A stretch of DNA of 63,896 bases, filler included, from an uncultured Methanosarcinales archaeon (GTDB lineage Archaea; Nanobdellota; Nanobdellia; Woesearchaeales; CAYXTQ01): the NCBI GenBank assembly GCA_964608065.1. It is 4 parts of 4 records of this genome, joined end to end, with 100 filler letters (N's around TTAATTAATTAA, not from the genome) between each part and the next. Parts side by side here need not be neighbours in the genome. Positions count along the whole stretch, not along the records: positions 18,181 to 35,822 come from CAZSMA010000023.1; positions 35,923 to 53,302 come from CAZSMA010000024.1; 2 more parts are not named here. The stretch is one strand, 5' to 3'. This document shows, in pieces, positions 28,774-38,900 of the stretch. The notes below the pieces were generated by a model. That model saw only the letters and a list, made by a program, of their open reading frames with translations. It did no database searches and was not told the origin of the DNA. Each line of letters starts with the position of its first letter. Positions within the stretch are counted from its first letter, which is position 1. The position numbers and the translations under genes were made by a program.

Positions 28774-30528
28774 TCACTTCTTCTGCCCATAATACAAATC
28801 TTCTATCTCATTAAGGGTTACTACATCCTCCGCACTTCTTTCCATGTGCCTCAATCTACTAAGTCTAGGAAATCTGAGCGCGTAACCACTTCTATAAGTT
28901 GGGCTTTTCTGTATTTCTTCATAATTGATTTCAACAACTATCTCTGGCTTAACTTTAACAGTTTTGCCTTTTTCAGATATTATCAAAGGTTTTAATAAAT
29001 TAGTTAATTGCTCAAAACTGACTCCTTCTTCAATTTTCTCTTTAATTCCGGTTCCAACTTTGCCAATCTCTAAAAAGTTTCCATCTTCATCAACACAAGC
29101 TATTGTAAAAGAAGAAAGCCATTGAACTCTTTTACCTTCACCCCATTCTGCTGCAACAATAACTAAATCCAGAGTTTCCATCACAGGCTTTAACTTGCAC
29201 ATATGGCCAACTCTTGCTCCTGGTTTATATGGAGCATCCAGTTTCTTGAACATTACACCTTCATTACCAGCTTTCAAACTTTCATCATAGAATTTCTGGA
29301 CTTGTTTTGCATCTTTTGTAATAATGTGTTTAGCTACTATAGCTTTAAATGGAACTGGTGTGATGATTTTCTCTAATAATTTTCTTCTTTTTTCAAAATT
29401 TTCTTTGATCATATTTTTCCCTTCATAATAAAGAACATCAAATACATTCAGTTCAATAGGCATCTTTTTAGCTAATTCATTAATGCCGTATTTTCTTTTT
29501 ATTCTTTGGGAAATATTCTGGAATGGCAGATATTTCTTTGTTTTATTATCAAAACCAACAGCTTCTCCATCAATAATAAAGTTTTTTCCTTTAACATTTT
29601 TTTTTACAAAATCAACAACTTCTGGAAATTGTTTTGTGACATCTTCTAATCTTCTGGTGAATATCCTTATTTCTTTGTCCTTATGAATCTGCATCCTGAA
29701 TCCATCGTATTTGAATTCTACAGCAGCAGGAGTTCCAACACGTTCAAAACCTTCTTTAATATCTTTTACTTTTATAGCCAGCATAACTTTTATCGGTCTT
29801 CCAATTGTCAGCTCAACATCTCCTAATCCTTTGAAACCTTTTTTCTTGATAACTTCAACAACACTTCCAAAATCATTTGTCAGATCATAAGCTCTCTGTA
29901 CTGCTGCAACGTATTTATTGAACTCCTCCCTTCCTTTTATTATGATTTCGTTTTCTTTTTTATCATAAGTAAATCCTATTTCTTCAGAGAAAAAAGCCCA
30001 GACTATTGCGTCTCTCATTCCGCCTTCTCCAACTCCAATCCTTAGTTCTTCTAAGACTGTTCTTGTTATGTATTTTGCTTCTAATGGTTTTGCTGAAGTT
30101 AATAACTCTGCAATCAAAGAAACTTTTTTGTCTATTGTTCCAGAACCTTCTAATACAGCTAGTTTTCTTAAGTTTTTTATTACTTTACTGACATTTATGT
30201 TTGTGGTAAATAATGTTCTTTGTTTTTTTTTCTCTGTTAGTTTTTCTGCTACTGTTCCTAAATCTCCTTCTTTTTTCCATTTTTTTTCTATTTCAGTTGT
30301 TTTAATGCCTGTTGCTACATTAATAGCCTTAAGAATCAATCTAGAAGCAACTCCTAGCTTATGCTCATCCCAGGAGGGGAATACTTTTCCCTGCAATAAC
30401 AGGACACTGTCTTCTGTATCTTTTATGTCAATAGTTTTAAGAAATTCTGATATAATGTATGTTTTTTGCAGTCTTTTAGTTGTTTTGCTTAATTCTTCGT
30501 AAATATCAACTAATTTTTCGTATAACAT
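28774..30528 (-). CDS. lig: ATP-dependent DNA ligase
   Basis: EFKYDGFR, IIDGE, EGVMFK, ALRFPR. Confidence 0.97.
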   Translation of the reverse strand: MLYEKLVDIYEELSKTTKRLQKTYIISEFLKTIDIKDTEDSVLLLQGKVFPSWDEHKLGVASRLILKAINVATGIKTTEIEKKWKKEGDLGTVAEKLTEKKKQRTLFTTNINVSKVIKNLRKLAVLEGSGTIDKKVSLIAELLTSAKPLEAKYITRTVLEELRIGVGEGGMRDAIVWAFFSEEIGFTYDKKENEIIIKGREEFNKYVAAVQRAYDLTNDFGSVVEVIKKKGFKGLGDVELTIGRPIKVMLAIKVKDIKEGFERVGTPAAVEFKYDGFRMQIHKDKEIRIFTRRLEDVTKQFPEVVDFVKKNVKGKNFIIDGEAVGFDNKTKKYLPFQNISQRIKRKYGINELAKKMPIELNVFDVLYYEGKNMIKENFEKRRKLLEKIITPVPFKAIVAKHIITKDAKQVQKFYDESLKAGNEGVMFKKLDAPYKPGARVGHMCKLKPVMETLDLVIVAAEWGEGKRVQWLSSFTIACVDEDGNFLEIGKVGTGIKEKIEEGVSFEQLTNLLKPLIISEKGKTVKVKPEIVVEINYEEIQKSPTYRSGYALRFPRLSRLRHMERSAEDVVTLNEIEDLYYGQKK

Positions 30529-30572
30529 TATAGTTAAATATAAATATAAGTTTTATTTAAATATTTCCTATA

Positions 30573-31214
30573 ATGGACGTATTTGAGTGTATTACTACAA
30601 GAAGGAGTATAAGGAAGTATAAAGAGCTTCCAGTAGCTTGGGATAAAGTTGGCCAGATTCTGGAAGCAGGAAGAGCAGCTCCTTCTTCAGGTAATATACA
30701 GAATTGGAAATTTATTGCAGTTCTGGATAAAGATTTAAGAGAAGGTATTGCAGAAGCTTCTTTTCAGCAGTATTGGATGGTTCAGGCTCCTGTACATATT
30801 GTTATTGTTGAAGAACCGTTGAAAGCTAAGAGACATTATGGTCTTAGAGGAGAGAAACTATATTCAATACAGAACTGCGCTGCAGCAGTACAGAGTATGT
30901 TATTAATGGCTCATGAGCTTGGCTTAGGAGCTTGCTGGGTTGGCGCTTTTGATGAAGAAAGAGTCAAGAGATTATTAAAGATTATAGATGAGGCAAGGCC
31001 TCAGGCTATCATAACAATAGGTTATGCTGATGAAGTTCCTCCAGCTCCACCAAAGTTTAAGATGGATAATGTTGCTTACTTTAATGCATGGTGGGGTAGA
31101 ATTAAAGATGTTAATAATTTTCTTGAGTACACTTCTGCTAATGTGTTAAGAACTGTTGATAAAGGCAAAGAGATTCTCAGAAAAATAAATAAGAAATTAA
31201 GGAAAGAGAATTGA
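30573..31214 (+). CDS. nitroreductase family protein
   Basis: RRSIRKY, APSSGNIQNW, LGACWVG. Confidence 0.9.
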   Translation: MDVFECITTRRSIRKYKELPVAWDKVGQILEAGRAAPSSGNIQNWKFIAVLDKDLREGIAEASFQQYWMVQAPVHIVIVEEPLKAKRHYGLRGEKLYSIQNCAAAVQSMLLMAHELGLGACWVGAFDEERVKRLLKIIDEARPQAIITIGYADEVPPAPPKFKMDNVAYFNAWWGRIKDVNNFLEYTSANVLRTVDKGKEILRKINKKLRKEN

Positions 31215-31254
31215 GAGTTTATATTGAATTCTGAATATTAATTGTTTAATTAAA

Positions 31255-31290
<36 letters not shown>

Positions 31291-31411
31291 GCCCCCCACA
31301 ATTTGAGGGGTAAAAATTATGCCTTCACCGTTTTATTGTTGGGGGTGGTAAAAAGATGAAGGCAAGAAACCTTCCTCCGAAGAGGTCACCACACAAAGAC
31401 TAAAGGGGTGA
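31291..31411 (-). ncRNA. structured 3' element/terminator downstream of ftsZ (four hairpins, then poly-U)
   Basis: GC-rich island containing CCTC-TTCG-GAGG and GCCTTCA..TGAAGGC stems. Confidence 0.45.
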
Positions 31412-32482
31412 TCATCTAACTATTTCAATGCCAAGCTCATCTGAAACTTCTTGCATTTCAGCACTAGGCTCTCCATATTCTACTTTGCCCAATATCCATG
31501 GGCTTTTGACACCTGTTACAATAGTCATAACAGTCAGTTTTCCTTTCATATCTTCACTGACACGAGCTCCCCAGATTACATTAGCATCGTCATCCAGGCT
31601 TTCAGTTATCAATTCACCAACTCTGCTAATTTCATCCAGAGTCATGTCAGGTCCGCCAGCAACATGAATTAAGGCTCCTGTTGCACCATCATAACTAATA
31701 TCTAGTAAGGGGTTGGTTAGAGCGCCTTTTACAGCCTCTTCAACTCTGTTTTCTGTGTCAGAAGCTCCAACTCCAATAACAGCTACTCCACCATTTTTCA
31801 TTATAGTCTTAACATCTGCATAATCCAGGTTAACTAATGAAGGAATTGCGATTGTTTCTACAATACCTTTAATCATAGTTGAGATTAATTCATTAGCTAC
31901 TGCAAATGCATGTTTTATTGGCAGATTACCAGCAATCTGTACTAATCTGTTATTATCAATTACAATCACAGTATCTGTGACTTGTCTTAATTGTTGTAAT
32001 CCGAATTCTGCTTTATCAACTCTTGCTCTTTCAATCTTGAAAGGCATTGTTACTGTTCCAATTACAATTGCTCCAGCATCTCTGGCAACTTGTGCAACTA
32101 CAGGTGCAGCTCCTGTTCCTGTTCCGCCACCTTCTCCAGCGCAAACAAAGACCATGTCTGCACCTTTTAAACATTCTTTGATTTCTTGTAATGATTCCTG
32201 AGCAGCTTCAGCTCCTTTTTCAGGAAATCCACCACAGCCTAATCCCCTAGTTACATCTTTTCCAATCAAGAATTTTCTATCAGATTCAGTCATATTGAGA
32301 TGTTGTTGATCAGTATTACACGCCATAATCTCAGCGCCTTTTACACCTTTTTTATAGAGCCAGGATACCATATTATTACCTGCTCCTCCAATACCAATAA
32401 CCTTTATGTTGGCTTGGCCTTCTACACCCTCATATTGTTGCATATCTGCTTGCTGTTTTGCTTTCTCCACGATAAAATCCAT
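31412..32482 (-). CDS. ftsZ: cell division protein FtsZ
   Basis: GIGGAGNN, GGGTGTG, NLDYAD. Confidence 0.97.
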   Translation of the reverse strand: MDFIVEKAKQQADMQQYEGVEGQANIKVIGIGGAGNNMVSWLYKKGVKGAEIMACNTDQQHLNMTESDRKFLIGKDVTRGLGCGGFPEKGAEAAQESLQEIKECLKGADMVFVCAGEGGGTGTGAAPVVAQVARDAGAIVIGTVTMPFKIERARVDKAEFGLQQLRQVTDTVIVIDNNRLVQIAGNLPIKHAFAVANELISTMIKGIVETIAIPSLVNLDYADVKTIMKNGGVAVIGVGASDTENRVEEAVKGALTNPLLDISYDGATGALIHVAGGPDMTLDEISRVGELITESLDDDANVIWGARVSEDMKGKLTVMTIVTGVKSPWILGKVEYGEPSAEMQEVSDELGIEIVR

Positions 32483-32769
32483 TTATATCAACCCCTTTTT
32501 GTCTTTATATTTTATAATATATATTTTGGACTACCAAAATATTTATATTGACTATTAGTTTACCTTCTACTAAGAAAAAGTTTAATTATCTGCGCCAACA
32601 GGTATTAAATATGGTTATTTTAGCAAAACAACTACCATATAAACTTTATTTTAACCACAAAAACATTTAAACGCCGTTTTTCGCCAAAAAAACGCTTGTT
32701 TAATTACTTCTTATTTAAGTTCTTTAGATATATAAATGTTTCTGTTCTTTAAAATATATTTTCAAATAT

Positions 32770-33303
32770 CTATTTATTATATAATACTTTTTTTTGACCA
32801 GAATAAAGCCCCATAGAACTCATTTGTTTAAATTGATCTTCTGTTAAGTTTAGAGGAGAAATTGTGAAGTTGTATTTTGATTTTATATCTGCGCATAGTT
32901 GTTTTATTTCATTAGAATCAATGCTTTCACCTATAATCAGGATGTTAGCCCTGTCTTTTGCTTCTTTTCCATGCAGTATAACTGAATTTATTCCTTTTAT
33001 GTTTTTAGCCTTTTCTGTGAATATGTCTAAAATCTGCTTTTCTTCTCGGATAAATGTCTCTAAGAACTTGGTATTTGATCCTTGTTTTATCTTGTAAAGC
33101 TTGAATTTTTTTATTTTTATTTCTTCTATTATGCTTAGTTTTAACAATTTTTTTATGATTCTGAATGTAGTTGCAACTGGAACATTAACTTTAGTTGATA
33201 TTTCTCTTAAATAGAATTGGTTTTCTTTTTCATTTAGGAATAATCTTACTATTTTTAGTATTTTTTTGTCAAATAAACCTTCTAAAACATTGACCTCTTC
33301 CAT
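32770..33303 (-). CDS. wHTH plus degenerate nucleotidyltransferase domain protein
   Basis: FYLREIS..VATTFRI HTH; 'VILHG..ANILIIG'. Confidence 0.75.
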   Translation of the reverse strand: MEEVNVLEGLFDKKILKIVRLFLNEKENQFYLREISTKVNVPVATTFRIIKKLLKLSIIEEIKIKKFKLYKIKQGSNTKFLETFIREEKQILDIFTEKAKNIKGINSVILHGKEAKDRANILIIGESIDSNEIKQLCADIKSKYNFTISPLNLTEDQFKQMSSMGLYSGQKKVLYNK

Positions 33304-33436
33304 TAAATAAATTGAAATATAATAAGTATTTAAATCTTTCCATTTTTGGAACATTGTTTCATTTATGGAAAGTATCGTCTATAACACTAATCACAAACAA
33401 ATAGATTTAAATAATAACAGCAAATTCTAAAGCTTT

Positions 33437-34189
33437 ATGGTATTGTATTTTATTGGGATTGGGTTGAATGACGAGAAAGATATTAGTGTGAAAGGTCTTG
33501 AGATAGTCAGGAAATGTGATTTTGTTTATTTGGAAAACTATACTTCTAAGATCAATGTTCCTGTAAACTCTTTAGAGAGGATATATGGCAAAAATGTGAT
33601 ATTAGCTGATAGAGAGTTAGTAGAGCAGAAATCTGAAGAAATACTGGATAATGCTTCTATTAAAAAAGTGGCTTTTTTGGTTATTGGTGATGCAATGTCA
33701 GCTACAACACATATAGATTTAATGCTTAGAGCTAAAAAAAGAAAGATAAAAACACAAGTAATTCATAATGCTTCTATATTAACTGCTGTTGGGATTACTG
33801 GTCTGCAGCTATATAAATTTGGGAAAATAACATCAATTCCGTTTGATAATGATAATATTGAAGCTCCTTATGATGTTTTAGCTGCTAACCAAAAAGCTAA
33901 ATTGCATACTTTATTTTTACTTGATCTTAATCCTAAAGAAAATAAGTTTTTAACTATAAATGATGCAATAAGGTATTTGTTGAAGATTGAGATAAAAAGA
34001 GGAGAAAAAGTGTTTACTGATTCTACATTATGTGTTGGTTGTGCTAAGATTGGAAGTTTAGATCAAATAATTAAAGCTGGAAAAGCTAAAGATCTGTTAA
34101 AGTTTGATTTCAAAGAGGGTCCTTATTGTTTAATAGTTCCTTCTAAGATGCATTTTATGGAAGAAGAAGGTTTAAAGTTGTGGGAATAA
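33437..34189 (+). CDS. dph5: diphthine synthase
   Basis: YLENYTS, ATTH, LYKFGK, LHTLFLLD, HFMEEE. Confidence 0.95.
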   Translation: MVLYFIGIGLNDEKDISVKGLEIVRKCDFVYLENYTSKINVPVNSLERIYGKNVILADRELVEQKSEEILDNASIKKVAFLVIGDAMSATTHIDLMLRAKKRKIKTQVIHNASILTAVGITGLQLYKFGKITSIPFDNDNIEAPYDVLAANQKAKLHTLFLLDLNPKENKFLTINDAIRYLLKIEIKRGEKVFTDSTLCVGCAKIGSLDQIIKAGKAKDLLKFDFKEGPYCLIVPSKMHFMEEEGLKLWE

Positions 34190-34225
34190 ACATATTTATA
34201 AACTTTAAATATTACTAATTCTAAT

Positions 34226-34588
34226 ATGGGGTTAACTAAAAAAACTAAGCTAATCTTGTTTGCACTCTATTGGTACTATAAAGAGAGGAATGCAAAGCTT
34301 AAAGATACTCCACTAAGATTAGCTATTTCTAAAGTAAGCTTTATAGATATGATTAAAAAGTTTGAGCTAGCAGAGAAAAAACCAAGAGCAATATACAAGA
34401 ATTTAGAAACCTTGGAGAAAAAGAAATTAATTCAGTATAAGGAAAAGCATCTTTATCTTACAGAAAGAGGCAAGAATTTGATTAAAAAAACATTGCATGA
34501 AATACAGCCTTATTTAGATGTTATTAAAGATATAAAAAAAAAAAAAGGTAAAGTCTCAGTAAGAAAAGCAGAAACTGTTTTTAGGTAA
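34226..34588 (+). CDS. winged-helix hypothetical protein
   Basis: 'YKNLETLEKKKLI..LTERG'. Confidence 0.65.
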   Translation: MGLTKKTKLILFALYWYYKERNAKLKDTPLRLAISKVSFIDMIKKFELAEKKPRAIYKNLETLEKKKLIQYKEKHLYLTERGKNLIKKTLHEIQPYLDVIKDIKKKKGKVSVRKAETVFR

Positions 34589-34623
34589 GATTTATTAACA
34601 AAAACTTAATTCTTTAAGTTTAG

Positions 34624-34716
34624 AGCCCTGTAGTGTAGAATGATGAAACCATGCACAACGGTCAATCATGCGACCCTCTGGAGGTTGCGACCTCGGTTCG
34701 AATCCGAGCAGGGCTA
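34624..34716 (+). tRNA. tRNA-Gln(CTG) with 20-nt D-loop intron at 15/16 (34639-34658)
   Basis: BHB GTGT-AG|A-ATG..CAT-GCAC-AA|C; spliced D arm matches the intronless tRNA-Gln(TTG). Confidence 0.88.
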
Positions 34717-34724
34717 TTTATTCT

Positions 34725-34821
34725 CATTGAGGGACTCCGACCGTTAGGGCAAGGAGTCGCTCTTTGCGTGTCAACTGAGCGTAACCAGTTGGTTCTGAAT
34801 CCGGGTGGGGCTATTTATTCT
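34725..34821 (-). mobile_element. structured mini-element plus duplicated tRNA-Gln 3' end
   Basis: 34756-34791 is the reverse complement (33/36) of 23689-23724; 34797-34821 repeats 34700-34724 (22/25). Confidence 0.6.
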
Positions 34822-34872
34822 TAATATAAATGCTTAAATTTAAATATTAAATCAATAATTCTAAAACAATAC

Positions 34873-34945
34873 AGCCCTATAGTGTAGCGGTCAATCATCT
34901 CGGATTTTGGGTCCGAGGACCTCGGTTCGAATCCGGGTAGGGCTA
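34873..34945 (+). tRNA. tRNA-Gln(TTG), intronless
   Basis: AGCCCTA/TAGGGCT, TCGGA-TT TTG GG-TCCGA, GGTTCGAATCC. Confidence 0.93.
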
Positions 34946-34987
34946 TTTTTTATTTCATAAAAAAAAAAGAAAAAAAAATAGCCATCT

Positions 34988-35443
34988 TTATTTCTTATCA
35001 TATTTTCTCGGTTTATCAATATAATATTTTGCCTTAGAAAAATCAGTTATTTTAATTTCATAATTCCAATCATCAAGAAGCAAAACAGTTACAATCCTAA
35101 CATCAAATCTAATTTTAATTGCATCATTATACATTTTATGAGTAGCTAAGGTCATTTTATTTATCCAATGAGGTTTTGGATTGATTTTCTTATTCATTGT
35201 TTTAATCTCAAACAACATGGCTTTTGGAGGTCTTTTTGAATAATCAAATTCAATCCCATCTACAGAATACCAATTCTTATCAATAAATTCCTTTTGTTCT
35301 CTTGATAATTTATCTCCGAATGTATCAAAGTATTTATTTTTATTCCAAAATTGTGTTAAAACTAAATAACGCCGAGTTAATTTAAACATACATTCTCCAA
35401 TCAAACCTTTATAGGTTCCTTTTCCTTTCTTGAGGTTATACAT
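34988..35443 (-). CDS. putative PD-(D/E)XK nuclease-fold protein
   Basis: GLIGE..SVDGI..LFEIKT. Confidence 0.6.
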   Translation of the reverse strand: MYNLKKGKGTYKGLIGECMFKLTRRYLVLTQFWNKNKYFDTFGDKLSREQKEFIDKNWYSVDGIEFDYSKRPPKAMLFEIKTMNKKINPKPHWINKMTLATHKMYNDAIKIRFDVRIVTVLLLDDWNYEIKITDFSKAKYYIDKPRKYDKK

Positions 35444-35515
35444 AATAATATTAGCAATCAATTTGATTTAAATATTTAACGAAAGATGTAGAAAATTTTC
35501 TGAAATTCCATCCTA

Positions 35516-35650
35516 TCAAGAATTAGATAATATCCATATAATCCCATAAGCAACTAGGGCAAAGAAAACAATAAAAAAAATAATATTAATAATTAAAGAG
35601 TTGCGAAGTGTTTTCTTTTCAAACTCTTCTTTGCTTATTTCTTTAGCCAT
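35516..35650 (-). CDS. small single-pass membrane protein (44 aa)
   Basis: MAKEISKEEFEKKTLRNSLIINIIFFIVFFALVAYGIIWILSNS. Confidence 0.5.
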   Translation of the reverse strand: MAKEISKEEFEKKTLRNSLIINIIFFIVFFALVAYGIIWILSNS

Positions 35651-35715
35651 ATATAATGCTATAACTTTATTGTTTATATACTTAATGGAGCATGGAACTT
35701 TTTATTTCCACAAAC

Positions 35716-35822
35716 TTTATAAATAGGCGATTAATCCTACACTTAACCGATAGATAAGCAGGTGAAAGCTCGCTTATACTGGAGACAACTTCTGATTGTT
35801 TCCTAACGAGGTAATTAAAAAT
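35716..35822 (+). promoter_or_regulatory. promoter plus two-hairpin 5' leader of a gene lost in the gap
   Basis: TTTATAAA, hairpin with GAAA loop, second hairpin, GAGGT SD, then AT at contig end. Confidence 0.5.
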
Positions 35823-35922
35823 NNNNNNNNNNNNNNNNNNNNNNNNNNNNNNNNNNNNNNNNNNNNTTAATTAATTAANNNNNNNNNNNNNNNNNNNNNN
35901 NNNNNNNNNNNNNNNNNNNNNN
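35823..35922. other. artificial contig linker
   Basis: N-run with TTAATTAATTAA. Confidence 0.98.
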
Positions 35923-35973
35923 CCTGTAATCAACATCATACCAAAAATGATTGTTAATATTTTTTTTAACATT

Positions 35974-38900
35974 TTATGCACTTGATATAGCTTCTGGACT
36001 ACAACAATAATTGTCTCCTGGACATTGGCCTTTGATACATTTACTAGGATGGTTTTCACATTCCTGTAAGTTGCAGCTACAACTCCAACCAGATTTACTG
36101 CTATCAGTTTTTGCCAAGTATTCACACCCTATTACACATTTTCCATCTAGACAATTCTTATAACTATACCCTTCACAAGATTTTCCTTCTCTAATAGGAT
36201 TTCCTTTATCGTCAGCACATCTTTCAGTTTCACCACTACTTCCACTTTCTTCAGTTTTAGTTGTTACAGTTTCTTTTCCAATTATTACAGGTTTTGCTTT
36301 ATTAATTTCGCTTTCTTTTCTTTCAAATTCCTCTGGAGGGTCATCAATAGCAGTCATTTCACATTCAAATTTATCGTTTTCATTTAATTTATTTTCTTGT
36401 TTTAGTTTATCTAAATCAATTGAAATCTTGAATTGTTTATTTGGTACAAACCATTCTATATCAAAGTAATCATTGCTTAGTTTTGCGCTGTTTTGCTTTA
36501 CATCATAAGTGACCCAGACATCGTCATTATCTTTGTCTGTTATCACTCCAATACATTCTAAAGTGCTGTCTGTTAATGTTGGATGGTTTGTTTGGAAGAA
36601 CACGCCTGTTATTTCAGGCGCTGCATTTTTTATTGTGACAATAGCGCTGTCAGAGTCTTCCTCTTCTTTAGAAAGCTGTGCTTTGTATACTTTACATTTT
36701 ATTTTATCTCCTCTTTTGAGATCATCATTAGGGATAGTACAATCACATTTTTGTTTTTTAGCACCACACTCTTCAGTACGTTCTATTAAAAGTTTTTCAT
36801 TATCATTTTTATCTATTTGGTATATTTCAAAAGGAGCTCTTATTATATATGAGTCACTGTGAGAAGCAATACATTTCAATCTCCCTTCTTCCAAATCCGC
36901 AATTGTTGGTTGTCTTGGTTCAAAATAGACATTAAAGCCAACAGGTGTTTTAACATTTATGTTAATAACTTCTTCTGAATTATAGATATAGTCAATACGC
37001 GCTTTTATGTATTTTATTGAGATAGGAGAATCTCCTAAGACTTTACTTGGGTCTTTTATCCTTAATCTACACTTTCTAGATCTGTAAACTTCTATGTTTT
37101 TCCATTCTCGTGATTCTTTTATCCCTTTAGTAAATTCATAGCCTTTGTAACCCTCTAATTTGTACTCTTCTCTTGTAAGATCCTGGAATGCTCTGTCGCA
37201 GTAATCATCTAATTCCAAACCATCTGGCAAATAAATAATTAAGTCCTTTATTTCAGCTATTTTTCCTTTCCAATTGTTTTCTATTGTAATTCCAAATTTT
37301 GGAGTTGAGTCATAATCATCATTTACACCTATTGGAGGGGTTTTTGTTTCCATTCCTATACCAACAGGGCCATTAGTGTAGATTGCTATTGGGTTTTTAT
37401 CTGTAATACCATATTCTTTGAAAACATCAATTTTTTCTCTTTTGAAAGCTTTCAGTCGTTCATCATCAATAAAATAAGTTTTTAGATAACCTAATGTTGT
37501 AAAGTCAAATTCAGCAGTGAATGTTATTAAATGAGAACCTTCTTCCAATACACCAGCTTCAAATTTACAGTCTATGTCATCTTCATCATCAAATAGATCA
37601 TGGAATTCTTTAACTTTTGTTGTGCCTGGTATTTCTTTGCCTAGTGTGTGAGTATCTGCTTCACATTTAACTTTAATAGTTTCTATAGGCTCTTCAATAC
37701 TTTTTGCGATTAAAGTAGCCCAGATGTCTATTTCTTCATCTTCATAGACTATTGGGTCAGAGGTTTCAATATTAGTTATGTATACCCCTAAGGGTTCTCT
37801 AACGTTTTGGTCAACTTTTCCAGTGTAATAGTCTTTACTGTCGTAGTAAAAGGATTCGTTGAGTTGTTGTTCACCCCTTTTTAATGCACTACTAATACCT
37901 GCTGCAATGTTTTTTACAGCTTCTTTACCTAATTCAATAGGATTAGGTGTATCTCCTTGAGTCCCTATATCAACACCAGGAACGTTTGTTTTTAGAATAT
38001 AATTTATGGCAGCTACATTTGATGCGACAATACCTGCTATTACTAAAAAAACAAAGAAATTTGCTAATCTTCTTTTTTCACTAGATTTATGCCAATGATA
38101 TAAAGTATAGACAACCCAAAATGGAACAATGAATAATTTTTCGTAAGACCAGTTACCAAAAACTTTCATTAATATTGAAAATAAAAAAAAATCAAAAAAT
38201 AATAACACAATATACCATCTATATATCTTGGCTTTGCTGATATTTGGAATATTTTTTAAAGCAAATAAGACGAAAATTGAAAAAATTAAGTGAGCAAAAG
38301 CACCAAAAACCTGAGGAGATCTTAAAAAATCCCTGCTGAATAAAAACATACCAGAGATAGTCACTACCATTAAAACATACATTAAATATTCCAACCACTT
38401 ATTTTTAATATCAAATCCAGTGACAAAAAGATAAATTGCAACAGCTATTAATACAAATACATTCAATGATACCATAGTTATGTAAAAAGCATTTAATCCT
38501 GAAACAATCTTAATGAAATTATCTATATCAAAACCATTAAATTTAGTGAAGAAATAATCGGAAATCCATAGCAACATTGAGAAAAGGAATAATAAACCCC
38601 AACCACTTTTTGGATTTACATTATTTAGAAACTGTTTTCTTTCTCCACTACTTTTTTCTTTATTTTCTTTTTCTATGAGTTCCTCTTCTTTTTGAGTAAG
38701 CTTTTGCTGTTCTTTAGTAAGCTTTTCTTGTTGTGCTATACTTTTTTGTTCTTTGTCTTCTGTTACTTGTTCTTTTTTTTCAGTTTTTTGTTCTGCCTTT
38801 TCAGTTTTATAATGTTTTCCAATGGCATTTTTAGCGTTTCCATTAACTTTTGCATTTTGATGGAAATCTTTCGATTTAAAATATTTTTTTGCAGCTCTAT

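Noticed and set aside
28646..28792. Duplicated ligase 3' end exactly 100 bp apart
   Set aside because: Embedded in long poly-A tracts, so most likely a homopolymer misassembly. It superficially resembles the gene-end duplications but has no cargo.
31412..31414. ftsZ TGA stop followed by hairpins as possible selenocysteine recoding
   Set aside because: The protein ends at a normal FtsZ C-terminus and there is no catalytic context for Sec.
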